A stretch of 62,847 bases of DNA, counting the filler, from a bacterium (lineage in GTDB: Bacteria; UBP15; UBA6099; JAJRTR01): assembly GCA_024278215.1 (NCBI GenBank). It is 4 parts of 4 records of this genome, joined end to end, with 100 filler letters (N's around TTAATTAATTAA, not from the genome) between each part and the next. Parts side by side here need not be neighbours in the genome. Positions count along the whole stretch, not along the records: positions 23,013 to 51,388 come from JAJRTR010000177.1; positions 51,489 to 57,824 come from JAJRTR010000183.1; positions 57,925 to 62,847 come from JAJRTR010000186.1; 1 more part is not named here. The stretch is one strand, 5' to 3'. The stretch's first letter is position 1. Each line of letters begins with the position of its first letter. The notes beneath the pieces are model-generated. The model saw nothing but the letters and a program-made list of their open reading frames with translations, had not been told where the DNA came from and did not search any database. Shown in pieces: positions 48,058-58,340 of the stretch. The translations under genes and the position numbers were made by a program.

Positions 48058-50928
48058 TCATACAACGCTCCATTTTATAGTAAACAACGGCTCTACGGAC
48101 GTTTTGTGAGCCATTCTTTTTTCAAGAGACGATATGAGCGAATCCCTTTTTTCCATTATTTCGTCTTCTACGTCAAATATTTGCTGTCGCTGGCGGCGTT
48201 TTTTCTTTTCCAATTCACGGATGCGTTCTTGTATCTTATGCTGCTCATCAATCGTAGGAGCTTGTCTTGCCTGGCGGTTAAGAGCCTTTATTCGGTTTTT
48301 TGTGTCCGATAATTCTTTTTCAGCGGCAATGACCATGTCTTCTGCCCATTTCTCAAGCCGCTCGCGTTCTTTACAGAAATGTTGATTGTTGGCTTCCAGA
48401 GAACGGCTGAGAGTCGCTTTTGCATGACGTTTTGCCTCTTTCTCCAGTCGCTTTTTTATATCAGGTATTATATCCTCGTGATGAGACACTTTGCCCAGGC
48501 AATTGAAAATCTTCTCGCATGTCTCCTGGTTAAGCGATTTTCCGTGACCATCAATTCCTGAAAATAACAGATGCTCTTCTCGTTCAAATGAATCTATAAT
48601 CATGTACTGTAAAATCAGCCATCCGGACTGGCCTTTGAGTTCTTCGACCAGTGATATTTTTACCGGATGATTTGAAATATCGAATTCGACGTGGGCAAGC
48701 GAAGTTTCAAGGTTTTTTCCTGTCTCAATTACATATTCACCGAGTGGATGCGAAAGACGGTATAGAAACTCTCCAGGAATGTTGTCTTTTTCTTTGGAGA
48801 TCAGGCGATAGAGTCCTGGCCTGATGTTCTCACAAGGTGGACTGAGCAGTTCGAAACTGAGTTCCGGATCAATAAAATCAGCATTGCTTTCAAGAATAAA
48901 TTTTGTGAGAATCCAAAACATTCTGCTGAAACTATCTAGCTTCTGGCGGGTTCCCTCAAGATTCACTTTCAGACGATTATGAACATCTTCATCGAAGTGC
49001 TCCAGAAGAATGCTACGAGTTTCATCCATTTTGCTTTGTATGGATTCTTCCATTTCTTCCTGGAGTTTGCGAAATGCGTCTTCAATTTCATCCTTAGTTC
49101 TGCATAGTTGGTATATATCAAATATTCTCTTCTCGAAATCCACACCGGATTCTATCGTGCCGAGCACCTCGTCGGATGCGCCAAAAACACCACTGAAAAG
49201 TCGGAATTTTTCATTCAACAGCTCAAATACGCGCTGGTCAACTTCGTTGCGCTTGTTGAGAAAATTGATTACGACCACATCGAATTTCTGACCGTAACGG
49301 TGACAGCGTCCTATGCGTTGTTCAATCCGCTGTGGATTCCAGGGTAAATCGTAATTTATTACGAGTGAACAGAACTGAAGGTTGATCCCCTCTGCGGCTG
49401 CTTCTGTAGCCAGCATTATACTCGCATTGTTTTTAAAGTAATTAATTATGGCTGTTCTGGCATCAATTACGCGTGATCCTGAAGAACGTCCGGAATCAAT
49501 ATTAGCGTCCGCCCATCTCTGATAAATCGCTTTTGAATCGGGGTCTGCATTAGAGCCGTTAAAAGTGATTACCTGGTCTGCATACCCGTTTGACTCAAGA
49601 AAATCTTTCAGGTACTTTTGCGTTCGAAGTGATTCCGTGAAGATAATGGTTTTTCTTTTTGCCCCCATTTTCTCCATTTCTGAGAAACCGATCTTTAATG
49701 CTTTTAAAAGAGCATGGCTTTTCGTATCAACACCAATGCTTCTCGCCCACTGAATATAACGTTCGAGTTCTTCTATTTCCTCGTTTAATTTCTTTTCATC
49801 TATTCCTGTTGTTTTTTTCTCTGAATCCGAATCATCGTCAGGTTCTTCATCAGATAGGATTTCATCAAGAAGCTCATCTTCCATTTCTTCCTCTTCAATT
49901 ATTCTTTCGGTGATATTCTCTGTGGTGGGTAAGCCATCCCTCATCTTCAGTAGGCGGTCTTTCATTACCTCCAGTGTTCCGGCAACCGCCAGAGAAGAGG
50001 AGGCAAGAAGCTTTCTGAGAATCAATATGGTCAGGTGACGATGTTGGGTGGGGAGGGCGTAAGTGTCTTCTCTTTGCAGAAAAGTCGAAATCGCTTCGTA
50101 TAATTTGTGCTCTTGTTCCGTTGGAGAAAAGGGGCGAGTTATTGTACGACGTTCTGTGTACTTGATATATTCGATAACTTGCTTTCTCAGGGTACGAACG
50201 CAGAATGAACGAATACGATTGCCAAGAGAATTAAGGTCAGCAGTTGCTCCCGTGTACTGAGAGCGGAAAGAGATTAAGTCTCCGAACATATTCTCATCAA
50301 TGATTGATGAAAGGCCGTAGAGTTCCAACAGTGAATTCTGAAGAGGAGTTGCGGTAAGGAGTATCTTCCGGGTATCTTCAAGCGCCCATCGTATGTTCTG
50401 CCCCATAACATTATTGGGTTTATAAGCATTTCGCAACTTGTGAGCTTCATCAATGACAACAAGGTCCCAGTTAGGAATTCGGACTTCCTCTCTTTTGTTG
50501 CTGGCAAAGTTTACAGAGGTGATTACAACTGCATCTGACTCAAAGGGATTTTGATTCCCGCCTGCCTGTGCCTGCCGATATGATTTTGCATCGAGAATAA
50601 ACGTCGGCAAATTGAACTTTTCTTGTAACTCCAAGCTCCATTGTTTTCGTAAAGAGGCGGGGCAGATAACCATGAGCCGACGGCGTTGCTCGGCCCAAAA
50701 CTGACAAAGAATCAAACCCGCTTCAATTGTTTTTCCAAGGCCGACTTCATCTGCGAGCAGTGCTCCCTTTGAGATAGGTGAACGGAGAGCGAATAGAGCA
50801 GCTTCAATCTGGTGAGGATTGAGGTCGACGCATGCATCAAAAAGGGAACGGGAAATACGTTCGACGCCTTCGCCACCCCGTCTTGTTAGTTCATACGCAA
50901 AATATCGAGCATGATAGGATGTGCTCAT
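48058..50928 (-). CDS. SNF2-family helicase/translocase with C-terminal coiled coil
   Basis: LADEVGLGKT, DEAH, TATPLQN, TEAAAEGINLQ, YDLPWNPQRIEQRIGRCHRYGQ. Confidence 0.9.
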   Translation of the reverse strand: MSTSYHARYFAYELTRRGGEGVERISRSLFDACVDLNPHQIEAALFALRSPISKGALLADEVGLGKTIEAGLILCQFWAEQRRRLMVICPASLRKQWSLELQEKFNLPTFILDAKSYRQAQAGGNQNPFESDAVVITSVNFASNKREEVRIPNWDLVVIDEAHKLRNAYKPNNVMGQNIRWALEDTRKILLTATPLQNSLLELYGLSSIIDENMFGDLISFRSQYTGATADLNSLGNRIRSFCVRTLRKQVIEYIKYTERRTITRPFSPTEQEHKLYEAISTFLQREDTYALPTQHRHLTILILRKLLASSSLAVAGTLEVMKDRLLKMRDGLPTTENITERIIEEEEMEDELLDEILSDEEPDDDSDSEKKTTGIDEKKLNEEIEELERYIQWARSIGVDTKSHALLKALKIGFSEMEKMGAKRKTIIFTESLRTQKYLKDFLESNGYADQVITFNGSNADPDSKAIYQRWADANIDSGRSSGSRVIDARTAIINYFKNNASIMLATEAAAEGINLQFCSLVINYDLPWNPQRIEQRIGRCHRYGQKFDVVVINFLNKRNEVDQRVFELLNEKFRLFSGVFGASDEVLGTIESGVDFEKRIFDIYQLCRTKDEIEDAFRKLQEEMEESIQSKMDETRSILLEHFDEDVHNRLKVNLEGTRQKLDSFSRMFWILTKFILESNADFIDPELSFELLSPPCENIRPGLYRLISKEKDNIPGEFLYRLSHPLGEYVIETGKNLETSLAHVEFDISNHPVKISLVEELKGQSGWLILQYMIIDSFEREEHLLFSGIDGHGKSLNQETCEKIFNCLGKVSHHEDIIPDIKKRLEKEAKRHAKATLSRSLEANNQHFCKERERLEKWAEDMVIAAEKELSDTKNRIKALNRQARQAPTIDEQHKIQERIRELEKKKRRQRQQIFDVEDEIMEKRDSLISSLEKRMAHKTSVEPLFTIKWSVV

Positions 50929-50978
50929 CTCGTTGATTTCCTCTTTTGTGATATTTTCTTTTCACCTTTCCCAGAAAC

Positions 50979-51164
50979 CTATGTTTCTTCTCCGCCACCT
51001 TTTTCCACCCATTCATCGATTTCAGAAAGTCTGAATCGCAAAAGTCGCCCAACACGGTGTGTTGGAAGTCCACGTCTCTCTACCCATCTGTATATGGAAT
51101 CCTTGGCAACACCAAGATGAGAGGCTACTTCTTCAACACTGACCCATCGTTCTTCAGCACTCAT
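50979..51164 (-). CDS. Excisionase-like HTH_17 (Mad1-like) DNA-binding protein
   Basis: RWVSVEEVASHLGVAKDSIYRW...GLP.HRVGRLLRFRLSEIDEWV..GG; GAGG RBS. Confidence 0.85.
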   Translation of the reverse strand: MSAEERWVSVEEVASHLGVAKDSIYRWVERRGLPTHRVGRLLRFRLSEIDEWVEKGGGEET

Positions 51165-51219
51165 AATTACCTCACTTTAAAATGAAGAAACACAATCTAT
51201 GACAATGAAAACAAACTCA

Positions 51220-51248
51220 AGTCTATGAAAGTGGATTGAATCTGTCAA
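51220..51248 (-). promoter_or_regulatory. Sigma70 promoter of the defence operon
   Basis: Minus strand TTGACA-17bp-TAGACT; TGTCA-N7-TGACA inverted repeat overlaps the -35. Confidence 0.65.
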
Positions 51249-51388
51249 TCTTGATGACAAGAAAGTCCACATATTTGGGGCATCCGGGAATCAAGTGGGT
51301 GACCACAACATGTAGTGTAGAAAGGATAGAAAGGCGAGTTTATCGCATTCAGGACGATAACTGGAGAGAAAAAGAAAGAGAGGCCCCA

Positions 51389-51488
51389 NNNNNNNNNNNN
51401 NNNNNNNNNNNNNNNNNNNNNNNNNNNNNNNNTTAATTAATTAANNNNNNNNNNNNNNNNNNNNNNNNNNNNNNNNNNNNNNNNNNNN
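51389..51488. other. Artificial contig linker
   Basis: N run with TTAATTAATTAA. Confidence 0.95.
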
Positions 51489-53260
51489 AGAAGCTCATGC
51501 ACGTGGCCGAGGCTGTTGTGCGCCGCGGAGTTATTCGGCGACATATCAATGACTTTCCGGTAGGTATTGGCGGCTTCGTGGAGCATGCCCAGCCGCTCCT
51601 GTATCAATCCTGTGACGAGGATATAATCGGGATTGTCCGGGTACAGTTCCAGAGCCCTGTCGATGTCGTTCTGCGCGTTGCGCAGATCGCCGATCTTAAT
51701 GTTGTATTTCGCGCCCTCGAAGAAGTTTGCCGCCCTCTCGGGTTTTGTTTCTTCAAGATGTTCATCTATTCGCTGTTGTTTTTCTTCAGGATATAACGCG
51801 CCTCTTTTTCTGTCGCGCCTGTTGTAGTCTCTGACCGATCTGGTGTCTACTCCACCGTTGTTTCTCGTGATGCTTGCCGTATGTTTCGTCTCAGGCTCAG
51901 TTTTATTGGCAACAGATGTTTTGTGGACAGCCTTCTGGGTTGCATATCTGTTCAACGTTCTGGTTGAAGTCTGCGTCGTTCGCGATCTTTCTTTGACTTC
52001 AGGCTCGGATTTGGCAGAAGCGACAGCGCGCTGAGATGCCGCCGCCATCTGTTTTTCCGGTTTCTTTTCCGGCGCTTTCGCGGGCTCTTTTTCAGTTTTC
52101 CGTGCTACAGCCGGTTCCGATGCTTTGACCGGTTCATTCTGTTCGGGCGTAACTTCTGGCGGTGTGGACTTCTTTTTTGGTTCGACCTTCATGGGAGCGT
52201 GCGATCTGGATGTAGTGCGAGTTCTATGTCGCGGAGTATATTCCTGTGTTTCCGTGGTTCCTTCGGAGTCCTGCGAGGTTTCGGTCGTTTTGTTTGCATC
52301 AACAGTTTTGGGAGGCGCAGCTGCCCTGGCGACAACGACAGGTTTTTCAACGGTGGGCTGAGCAGCCGGTTCTTTTTCAACGTCGGTTTTTTTCACAGGC
52401 ACCGGACTATGAGTCCTGCGCGGTTTATCTTTCAGTTCTATCTCTTTGGGCAGGCCAGCGAGTACGCCTTCCTGGTGTAGCGAATTATTATATTTGTCGC
52501 GTTCGCCTTTGAGGAATTTGTAGTTTTCTTTGAATCTTTCGTTATCAGGCGCCATGTTGATAACTTTTTCCATTTCCTCGAGCGCCTTGTCGAAATTATT
52601 GAGTTTGTAGTAGGCATAGGCCAGGTTGTTGCGGGGCAGTGGATATTCCGGAGCGATTTCCACCGCCTTTTTGTGAAACTCGAGCGCAGTATCGAAGTCG
52701 CCGCGTTCGGTGTAGACATTACCGAGATTGATGTATGCCGTCAATAATTTATCGTTGAGTGCGAGAGCGTTGTTGAGAGCATCTTCCGCTTTGTCGAACT
52801 GCTTGAGCAGATAATAATTCTGACCGATGTTGTTGTAGATAATAGCCCTGTCGGGGCTGTCATCGGGAGTCAGTGCGAGAGCCTTGTTGAAGGAATCAAT
52901 GGAGTTCTGGTATTTACCTTTGGCGTTGTAGCAGACACCCAGCCCGCTGTAAGCCTCGGGCAGGTTGCCGTCGAGTTGCACAGCCTTGTCAAGAGCAGTG
53001 AGAGCATCTTCGTAATTTGCCACGTCGATATATGCGAGCCCGAGCGCATTCAGGTAAAAAGCGTTGTCGGGTTCGGCGTCGACGGATTTCTTAAGTTCTT
53101 CGAGAGATTTCTCCGCCTGTCCCTTTTTCTGCAGCTCCAGCGCAGACTGGTAATGTTCCCATCCTGTCTGTGCCATAACATTTGCCGCGAAAACCGTGGT
53201 AACAAAAAATAAAACGGCAAACACAAAAGAGAATTTTTCTTTCATTTTGTTTTTTGTCAT
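51489..53260 (-). CDS. Exported TPR-repeat protein with a low-complexity linker (3' end cut by contig end)
   Basis: Signal peptide; TPRs (LGLAY, NLGNVY, NNLAYAY); P/E/K/T-rich linker. Confidence 0.8.
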
Positions 53261-53469
53261 GGTTACACCTCTATAAGATTCTACATAAACTGCGTTTTTT
53301 TGAAAAGTAGTTTCTAATAATATTACTTGTATAGTTCATTGACAACGAAATGAAAAGTGATATGAAAAAAAATGGAAAAGGTAGCTTCATGTCCATATGT
53401 TTTATCCTTAAACCTCGAATAATGATACTGATACCACTAATATTGTTATAAGCAGAAAGGACCTTGCCG

Positions 53470-55806
53470 ATGCCGCGAAAATGGGTGCGTGAAGCGATTG
53501 CGAAGCTTAAATTAACAGCCGATTACAAGGATCAGGCTGTTTATATAAAGGAGTATAAGCCCCGAAAAGCTGAATATGGAAATCTGAATCAGCCGGTTTC
53601 GCACATCCTGGAAAGTAATCTCAAGAAAACAGGCATCCGAAAATTATACTCCCATCAGGTCGAGGCGATAAACAATATCATGTCCGGCAGGGACGTTGTT
53701 ATAGTCACGGAAACGGCAAGTGGGAAATCGTTATGTTACAACATCCCTGTGTTGGAAGAAGTGTTGGGCGACGGCGATGCGAGGGCGTTGTATCTGTTTC
53801 CCACCAAGGCACTCGGGCAGGACCAGGCACGTATGCTGCACCATCTTATCGCACCTGATGCGGAATATGTCGAAGGAAAGTATGCTTATACGCCGGCCTG
53901 CGGACACAGGAAAATAAAACTCGGCACTTATGACGGCGACACGCCCCGTGAGGTGCGGCCCGCGCTCAGACGTGCCGCGCAGATTATCCTTACGAATCCC
54001 GATATGCTTTCGCTCGGCATTCTGCCCAATCATAAACGTCTGTGGAGCAGGTTCTTCAGCAATTTGCGATACATCGTCATAGACGAAATACATATATATC
54101 GCGGCGTATTCGGGTCGCATATAGCGAATCTTATGCGGCGGCTCGATAGAATATGCGAACACTATGGCGCACGCCCGATATTTGTTTGCTGTTCGGCAAC
54201 AATAGCGAATCCCGCCGAACACGCTTCGAGGCTCACCGGGCGAGATGTCGTGCCGATTGTAAGAAGCGGAGCGCCTTCTGCCGGACGTACGTTCGTAATG
54301 TGGAACCCGCCGCTGAGCGACGATGAGTCGGGAGCCGATACGCGCAGCCCGCTCGCCGAGACGATCGACCTTTTTACGCATTTCGTCGCGCGGGGAAAAC
54401 GCACTATTGTCTTTGCACGTGCGAAGCCGACTGTCGAGGTGATATTGAAGTATGCGAGAGATAAGCTCATCGGCGGCAGCGTGCGGCCCGAAGCGATCGT
54501 CTCCTACCGCGCCGGTTATCTCGCTTCCGAACGGCGCGCCATCGAGAGGTCCCTCGCGGAAGGCGAGTTGCTGGGTGTCACCTGCACGAACGCGCTCGAA
54601 CTCGGTGTCGATATCGGCAGCCTCGACGTGGCGATAATCAACGGTTGCCCGGGTTCGATAGCCGGTGTATGGCAGCAGGCGGGCAGGGCAGGGCGCAGAA
54701 GCAGCGGTTCCATATCTTTTTTTGTCGCTTACAATGAGCCGCTCGATCAATACTTCATGCGTCACCCCGAATACTTTTTCGGGCGTCCGGTCGAGGAGGC
54801 GATTGTGAATCCGGAGAATCCCTATATACTCAAACTCCATCTCCAGGCCGCAGCCGCGGAATTGCCGCTGAATAAATCCGAAAAAACTCTGTTCGGCGGC
54901 GATTTCATAAAACTTGTGCGGCAGATGATAAGCAAAGGCGATGTGCGCGAGACGCGCAGCGGCGCACACTGGGTAGGCGCGGATTTCCCGGCATCTCAGA
55001 TAAACATGCGTTCCGCTTCCTCGCATCGTTACGTTATCATGCTTCCGAACGGTAGTTTAATAGGCGAGATGGACGGTTCGACAGTTTTTCAGTACCTGCA
55101 CGACGGCGCTGTCTACCTGCACCAGGGCAATTCTTATATAGTCGAGCATCTCGATCTTAAAGAAAAAATAGCGCATGTAAGGCAGCGTGTGGTCGATTAT
55201 TACACGAGATCATTATCGAACGAAAGTATACTGGTCGACGAAACACTGCTGAAAAAGAAAATGGGACGTATGCCTGTTTATTTCGGCTACGTGGACGTCA
55301 CCAGCAGTGTGCATTCATATAAAAAGGTGCGCAGGCAGGATGATACGGTTTTGGGCTGGGAGGACCTTTTTTATCCCGAGGAAAAGCTATGGACGCAGGG
55401 CTTCTGGTTTGTGCCGCCGGACAGCGTGATTCGAAAGGTGCAAAAAGAGGGTGTCGACATCGCCGGCGGCCTGCACGCCATCGAACACGCCGCCATTTCA
55501 CTGATGCCGTTCATGGCAATGTGCGACCGGGGTGATATCGGCGGTGTGTCTACAGACTCGCATCCCGACACCGACGGCAAACCCGCCGTCTTTATTCACG
55601 ACGGCTACGAAGGCGGAATAGGGCTGTCCGAGACGTGCTATAATCGTATCGAAGAACTGCTCGGAAAAACACTCGAGTTGATTGAGGACTGTCCGTGCAA
55701 GACCGGCTGCCCGTCGTGTATCCAGTCGCCGAAATGCGGCAACATGAACGAACCGCTCGACAAGGAGGCCGCTGTTATGATCCTTTCGGGGATACTTGCG
55801 AAATAG
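53470..55806 (+). CDS. DEAD/DEAH helicase with C-terminal DUF1998 (MrfA/Hrq1-like)
   Basis: TASGKS, PTKAL.QDQ, YDGDT, TNPDML, DEIH, SATIANP, QQAGRAGR; CPC..GCPSCIQSPKCGN. Confidence 0.9.
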   Translation: MPRKWVREAIAKLKLTADYKDQAVYIKEYKPRKAEYGNLNQPVSHILESNLKKTGIRKLYSHQVEAINNIMSGRDVVIVTETASGKSLCYNIPVLEEVLGDGDARALYLFPTKALGQDQARMLHHLIAPDAEYVEGKYAYTPACGHRKIKLGTYDGDTPREVRPALRRAAQIILTNPDMLSLGILPNHKRLWSRFFSNLRYIVIDEIHIYRGVFGSHIANLMRRLDRICEHYGARPIFVCCSATIANPAEHASRLTGRDVVPIVRSGAPSAGRTFVMWNPPLSDDESGADTRSPLAETIDLFTHFVARGKRTIVFARAKPTVEVILKYARDKLIGGSVRPEAIVSYRAGYLASERRAIERSLAEGELLGVTCTNALELGVDIGSLDVAIINGCPGSIAGVWQQAGRAGRRSSGSISFFVAYNEPLDQYFMRHPEYFFGRPVEEAIVNPENPYILKLHLQAAAAELPLNKSEKTLFGGDFIKLVRQMISKGDVRETRSGAHWVGADFPASQINMRSASSHRYVIMLPNGSLIGEMDGSTVFQYLHDGAVYLHQGNSYIVEHLDLKEKIAHVRQRVVDYYTRSLSNESILVDETLLKKKMGRMPVYFGYVDVTSSVHSYKKVRRQDDTVLGWEDLFYPEEKLWTQGFWFVPPDSVIRKVQKEGVDIAGGLHAIEHAAISLMPFMAMCDRGDIGGVSTDSHPDTDGKPAVFIHDGYEGGIGLSETCYNRIEELLGKTLELIEDCPCKTGCPSCIQSPKCGNMNEPLDKEAAVMILSGILAK

Positions 55807-55818
55807 ACAAACATTCTT

Positions 55819-57633
55819 TTGCAATCGGCTCGGATGTTAAAGTCGTTTTGTAAATATGTTGTATACATGGATGCAGCACAGACTGAAGACGAATTGGAGA
55901 TTGTTTTGATCACACGGAAATGTTTCGGAACAGTTGCGGTACTGATCGCGGGAATAGTTGCATTTACAATATCTTTTTTCAATGATTGCGCGGCAGAATA
56001 TTCTTCGGCGGTGCCGCCGGTCGAGGTGCATAGTGACGAAAAAGGCGATTATGTGATAGACCGCCCGTTTCCGCAATGGGTGCGTGAGGATGCCGCGGGA
56101 GAAGTGAACACGACCGAATGTGTGAAGGACGCGCGAATACCGCAGTGGGCGCTGCCGCCCGCGGTCGAACCGGTAAGATGTGCCGCGCTTAATGCCGAAA
56201 AGACGGAAATGTGGGCGGCCACCGCGAGTGGTGTTATATACATGGATCTCGCAGGCAAAAGGAAATTGTACTTCGCGGGCCGCCGCTGGCTTCCCGATGA
56301 TGATGTCCTGTCTGTCGGCGTCGATAAGAACGGCGATGCTTATGTGAAAACAGCCGGTGGGACCGGCCTGATATCGAGGCGACCTATGACACTCGAAGAG
56401 AAGGCGCTTTACTTCGAGCAGATAGCACAGGAACGTCACAACAGGGAAGGGATGATAACGAATTCGCCCCTGAAAACCGCCGGTGATGTGAACTCATATT
56501 ATCTGAGCGACGACGACAACGATGGTCAGTGGACGGAGATGTACCTTGCCGCCGAGTGCTTCCGCTATGCCGTGACAAAAGACCCGGAAGCGCTGCGCAA
56601 TGCTCGCGAATCATACAGTGCGATGAAAAAACTCCTGACGATAACGCCTGTAAAAGGATATGTCGCGCGCTCCGTGCTGTCTGCGGATAAGTGCCCCGGA
56701 GCCGACCCCGAGAGATGGCGGATGCACGAGTCCGGCAAGCTGTGCTGGAAAAGCGATACTAGTAAAGACGAGTTGATCGGCCACTACCTGGGACTGCCCG
56801 TCTATTATGATCTTGTCGCCGATGACCGGGAACGCGCCGAGGTCCGCACTCTGATAAGGGACCTTACCGACTATATCGCGGACAACGGTTTCAGGCTGCT
56901 CGATGAAAATGGCAGAGTGACAACTTACGGCAACCTCGACCCGGAATGGGTCAACGGTCCGGTGGGCCGGCTCGGCGACCAGGGGCTCAACAGCCTCGCG
57001 GCGCTGGCTATCGTTATGTCGGCCTACAAAATAACGGGCGACGAAAAGTACTACGATGATTTTAAACGGCTGATAACAGATCACGCGTATCACAGAAACG
57101 TGATGAAGGAAAAGGAAATATCCGACAGGTTCCAGGTGAATCATGACAGCGATGAAATGGCGGCGCTTGGTTTCTACAGCCTTCTTCGCTATATGGATAA
57201 GTCTAAACTCCGCGACAAGTATATACTCGAAGGCCTGAAGCGGTTGTGGCGACACGACCTGCCCGAGAGGAATCCTGAACAGATAATAATCTACGGCGCT
57301 TTTGCGGGAAAGGATTTCGGACTCGATAAAGCGGTGGAAACGCTTATGGAGATTCCACTGGACCTGGTCGAGTGGGATGTTGTCAACAGCGGCAGGAAAG
57401 ATATAATTGAGAATCGGAACCTCGACAGGACGGGCGAACACCAGAGCCGTGAGGTGCTGTCGTACACGGAAACAAGAACAATGAGATGGTCTGAGAATAT
57501 GTATCAACTCGATGTGCGCGGCGGCGGCAGGAGTGAGATGGTGCCTACGTTCTGGCTGCTGCCGTACTGGATGGCGAGGTATCACGGGATGATAAGATTA
57601 CCGGATGCGGATCAGGCCGTTGGCCCGCAGTAA
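55819..57633 (+). CDS. Hypothetical exported protein (possible alpha/alpha-toroid fold; start uncertain)
   Basis: Long ORF with an N-terminal hydrophobic segment; DNDGQWT.MYLAA, WKSDTS.DE, WLLPYWMARYHG. Confidence 0.65.
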   Translation: MQSARMLKSFCKYVVYMDAAQTEDELEIVLITRKCFGTVAVLIAGIVAFTISFFNDCAAEYSSAVPPVEVHSDEKGDYVIDRPFPQWVREDAAGEVNTTECVKDARIPQWALPPAVEPVRCAALNAEKTEMWAATASGVIYMDLAGKRKLYFAGRRWLPDDDVLSVGVDKNGDAYVKTAGGTGLISRRPMTLEEKALYFEQIAQERHNREGMITNSPLKTAGDVNSYYLSDDDNDGQWTEMYLAAECFRYAVTKDPEALRNARESYSAMKKLLTITPVKGYVARSVLSADKCPGADPERWRMHESGKLCWKSDTSKDELIGHYLGLPVYYDLVADDRERAEVRTLIRDLTDYIADNGFRLLDENGRVTTYGNLDPEWVNGPVGRLGDQGLNSLAALAIVMSAYKITGDEKYYDDFKRLITDHAYHRNVMKEKEISDRFQVNHDSDEMAALGFYSLLRYMDKSKLRDKYILEGLKRLWRHDLPERNPEQIIIYGAFAGKDFGLDKAVETLMEIPLDLVEWDVVNSGRKDIIENRNLDRTGEHQSREVLSYTETRTMRWSENMYQLDVRGGGRSEMVPTFWLLPYWMARYHGMIRLPDADQAVGPQ

Positions 57634-57687
57634 GCGACAACATGTTTAATGCCTTCTCCCTTATAAATGATCTTCCTGTACTCGTAT

Positions 57688-57824
57688 CTGGACAGTACCA
57701 AGTTCTGGATAATACTTTACCCCTTTTTTACTGATTTGCGAAGCTTGGCGAGTTCGACGGATAGGTCGATCCATTCGCCGGTAAGTTTTTTGAATTGCTT
57801 ATAATTTGCTATTTGTTTTTTCAC
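57688..57824 (-). mobile_element. Second copy of the IS-like end with the DUF6788-like ORF 3' end (stop 57717-57719)
   Basis: Identical to 22799-22912; encodes VKKQIANYKQFKKLTGEWIDLSVELAKLRKSVKKG*. Confidence 0.7.
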
Positions 57825-57924
57825 NNNNNNNNNNNNNNNNNNNNNNNNNNNNNNNNNNNNNNNNNNNNTTAATTAATTAANNNNNNNNNNNNNNNNNNNN
57901 NNNNNNNNNNNNNNNNNNNNNNNN
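57825..57924. other. Artificial contig linker
   Basis: N run with TTAATTAATTAA. Confidence 0.95.
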
Positions 57925-57926
57925 AC

Positions 57927-58286
57927 CCCGGTCTGCGCCGTGAGAACAGCGACGAAGAAATACCTTATGACGCTACCGACGGGACGGGTGGTTTCGCATG
58001 GAGTTGGAGAAGCGGCGGCAGGGGCGGCGGACTCGTGCTCGGGCCGTTGCTCGGCATCCCGCTGCTTATTATAATGTTCTTCGTTATGCTTGTGTTGCTC
58101 GTGGTCGGCGGCATAGTGTTCGCAATCGGCGGCAGGCGCATAGCAGCGGCATTGTTCAGGCGTGCGGTGTCCGCCCGCGAATTCGACTTTTTCAACGCGC
58201 AACGCACATCCGGCTTCAATAACGATTCTGCCTGTCGTGATCCCGATGTAATAGATGTCGAGGCCGAAGAAGTAGATATGGATTGA
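57927..58286 (+). CDS. Small membrane protein, 5'-partial
   Basis: Frame open from the contig start; TM segment and acidic DVIDVEAEEV tail. Confidence 0.55.
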   Translation, partial: PGLRRENSDEEIPYDATDGTGGFAWSWRSGGRGGGLVLGPLLGIPLLIIMFFVMLVLLVVGGIVFAIGGRRIAAALFRRAVSAREFDFFNAQRTSGFNNDSACRDPDVIDVEAEEVDMD

Positions 58287-58296
58287 AAATATATAG

Positions 58297-58319
58297 CCCG
58301 CATATTTCACCAATGCGGG
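58297..58319 (+). repeat. MITE family B terminal repeat, left of the DUF2804 gene
   Basis: CCCGCATATTTCACCAATGCGGG. Confidence 0.7.
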
Positions 58320-58340
58320 TGAAAATTCGGGAGAACACCC

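Noticed and set aside
53470-55806. DUF1998 helicase plus the nearby SNF2 and methylase as a DISARM system
   Set aside because: It is a fused MrfA/Hrq1-type helicase on a different contig and strand; no stand-alone DrmB or PLD DrmC is present
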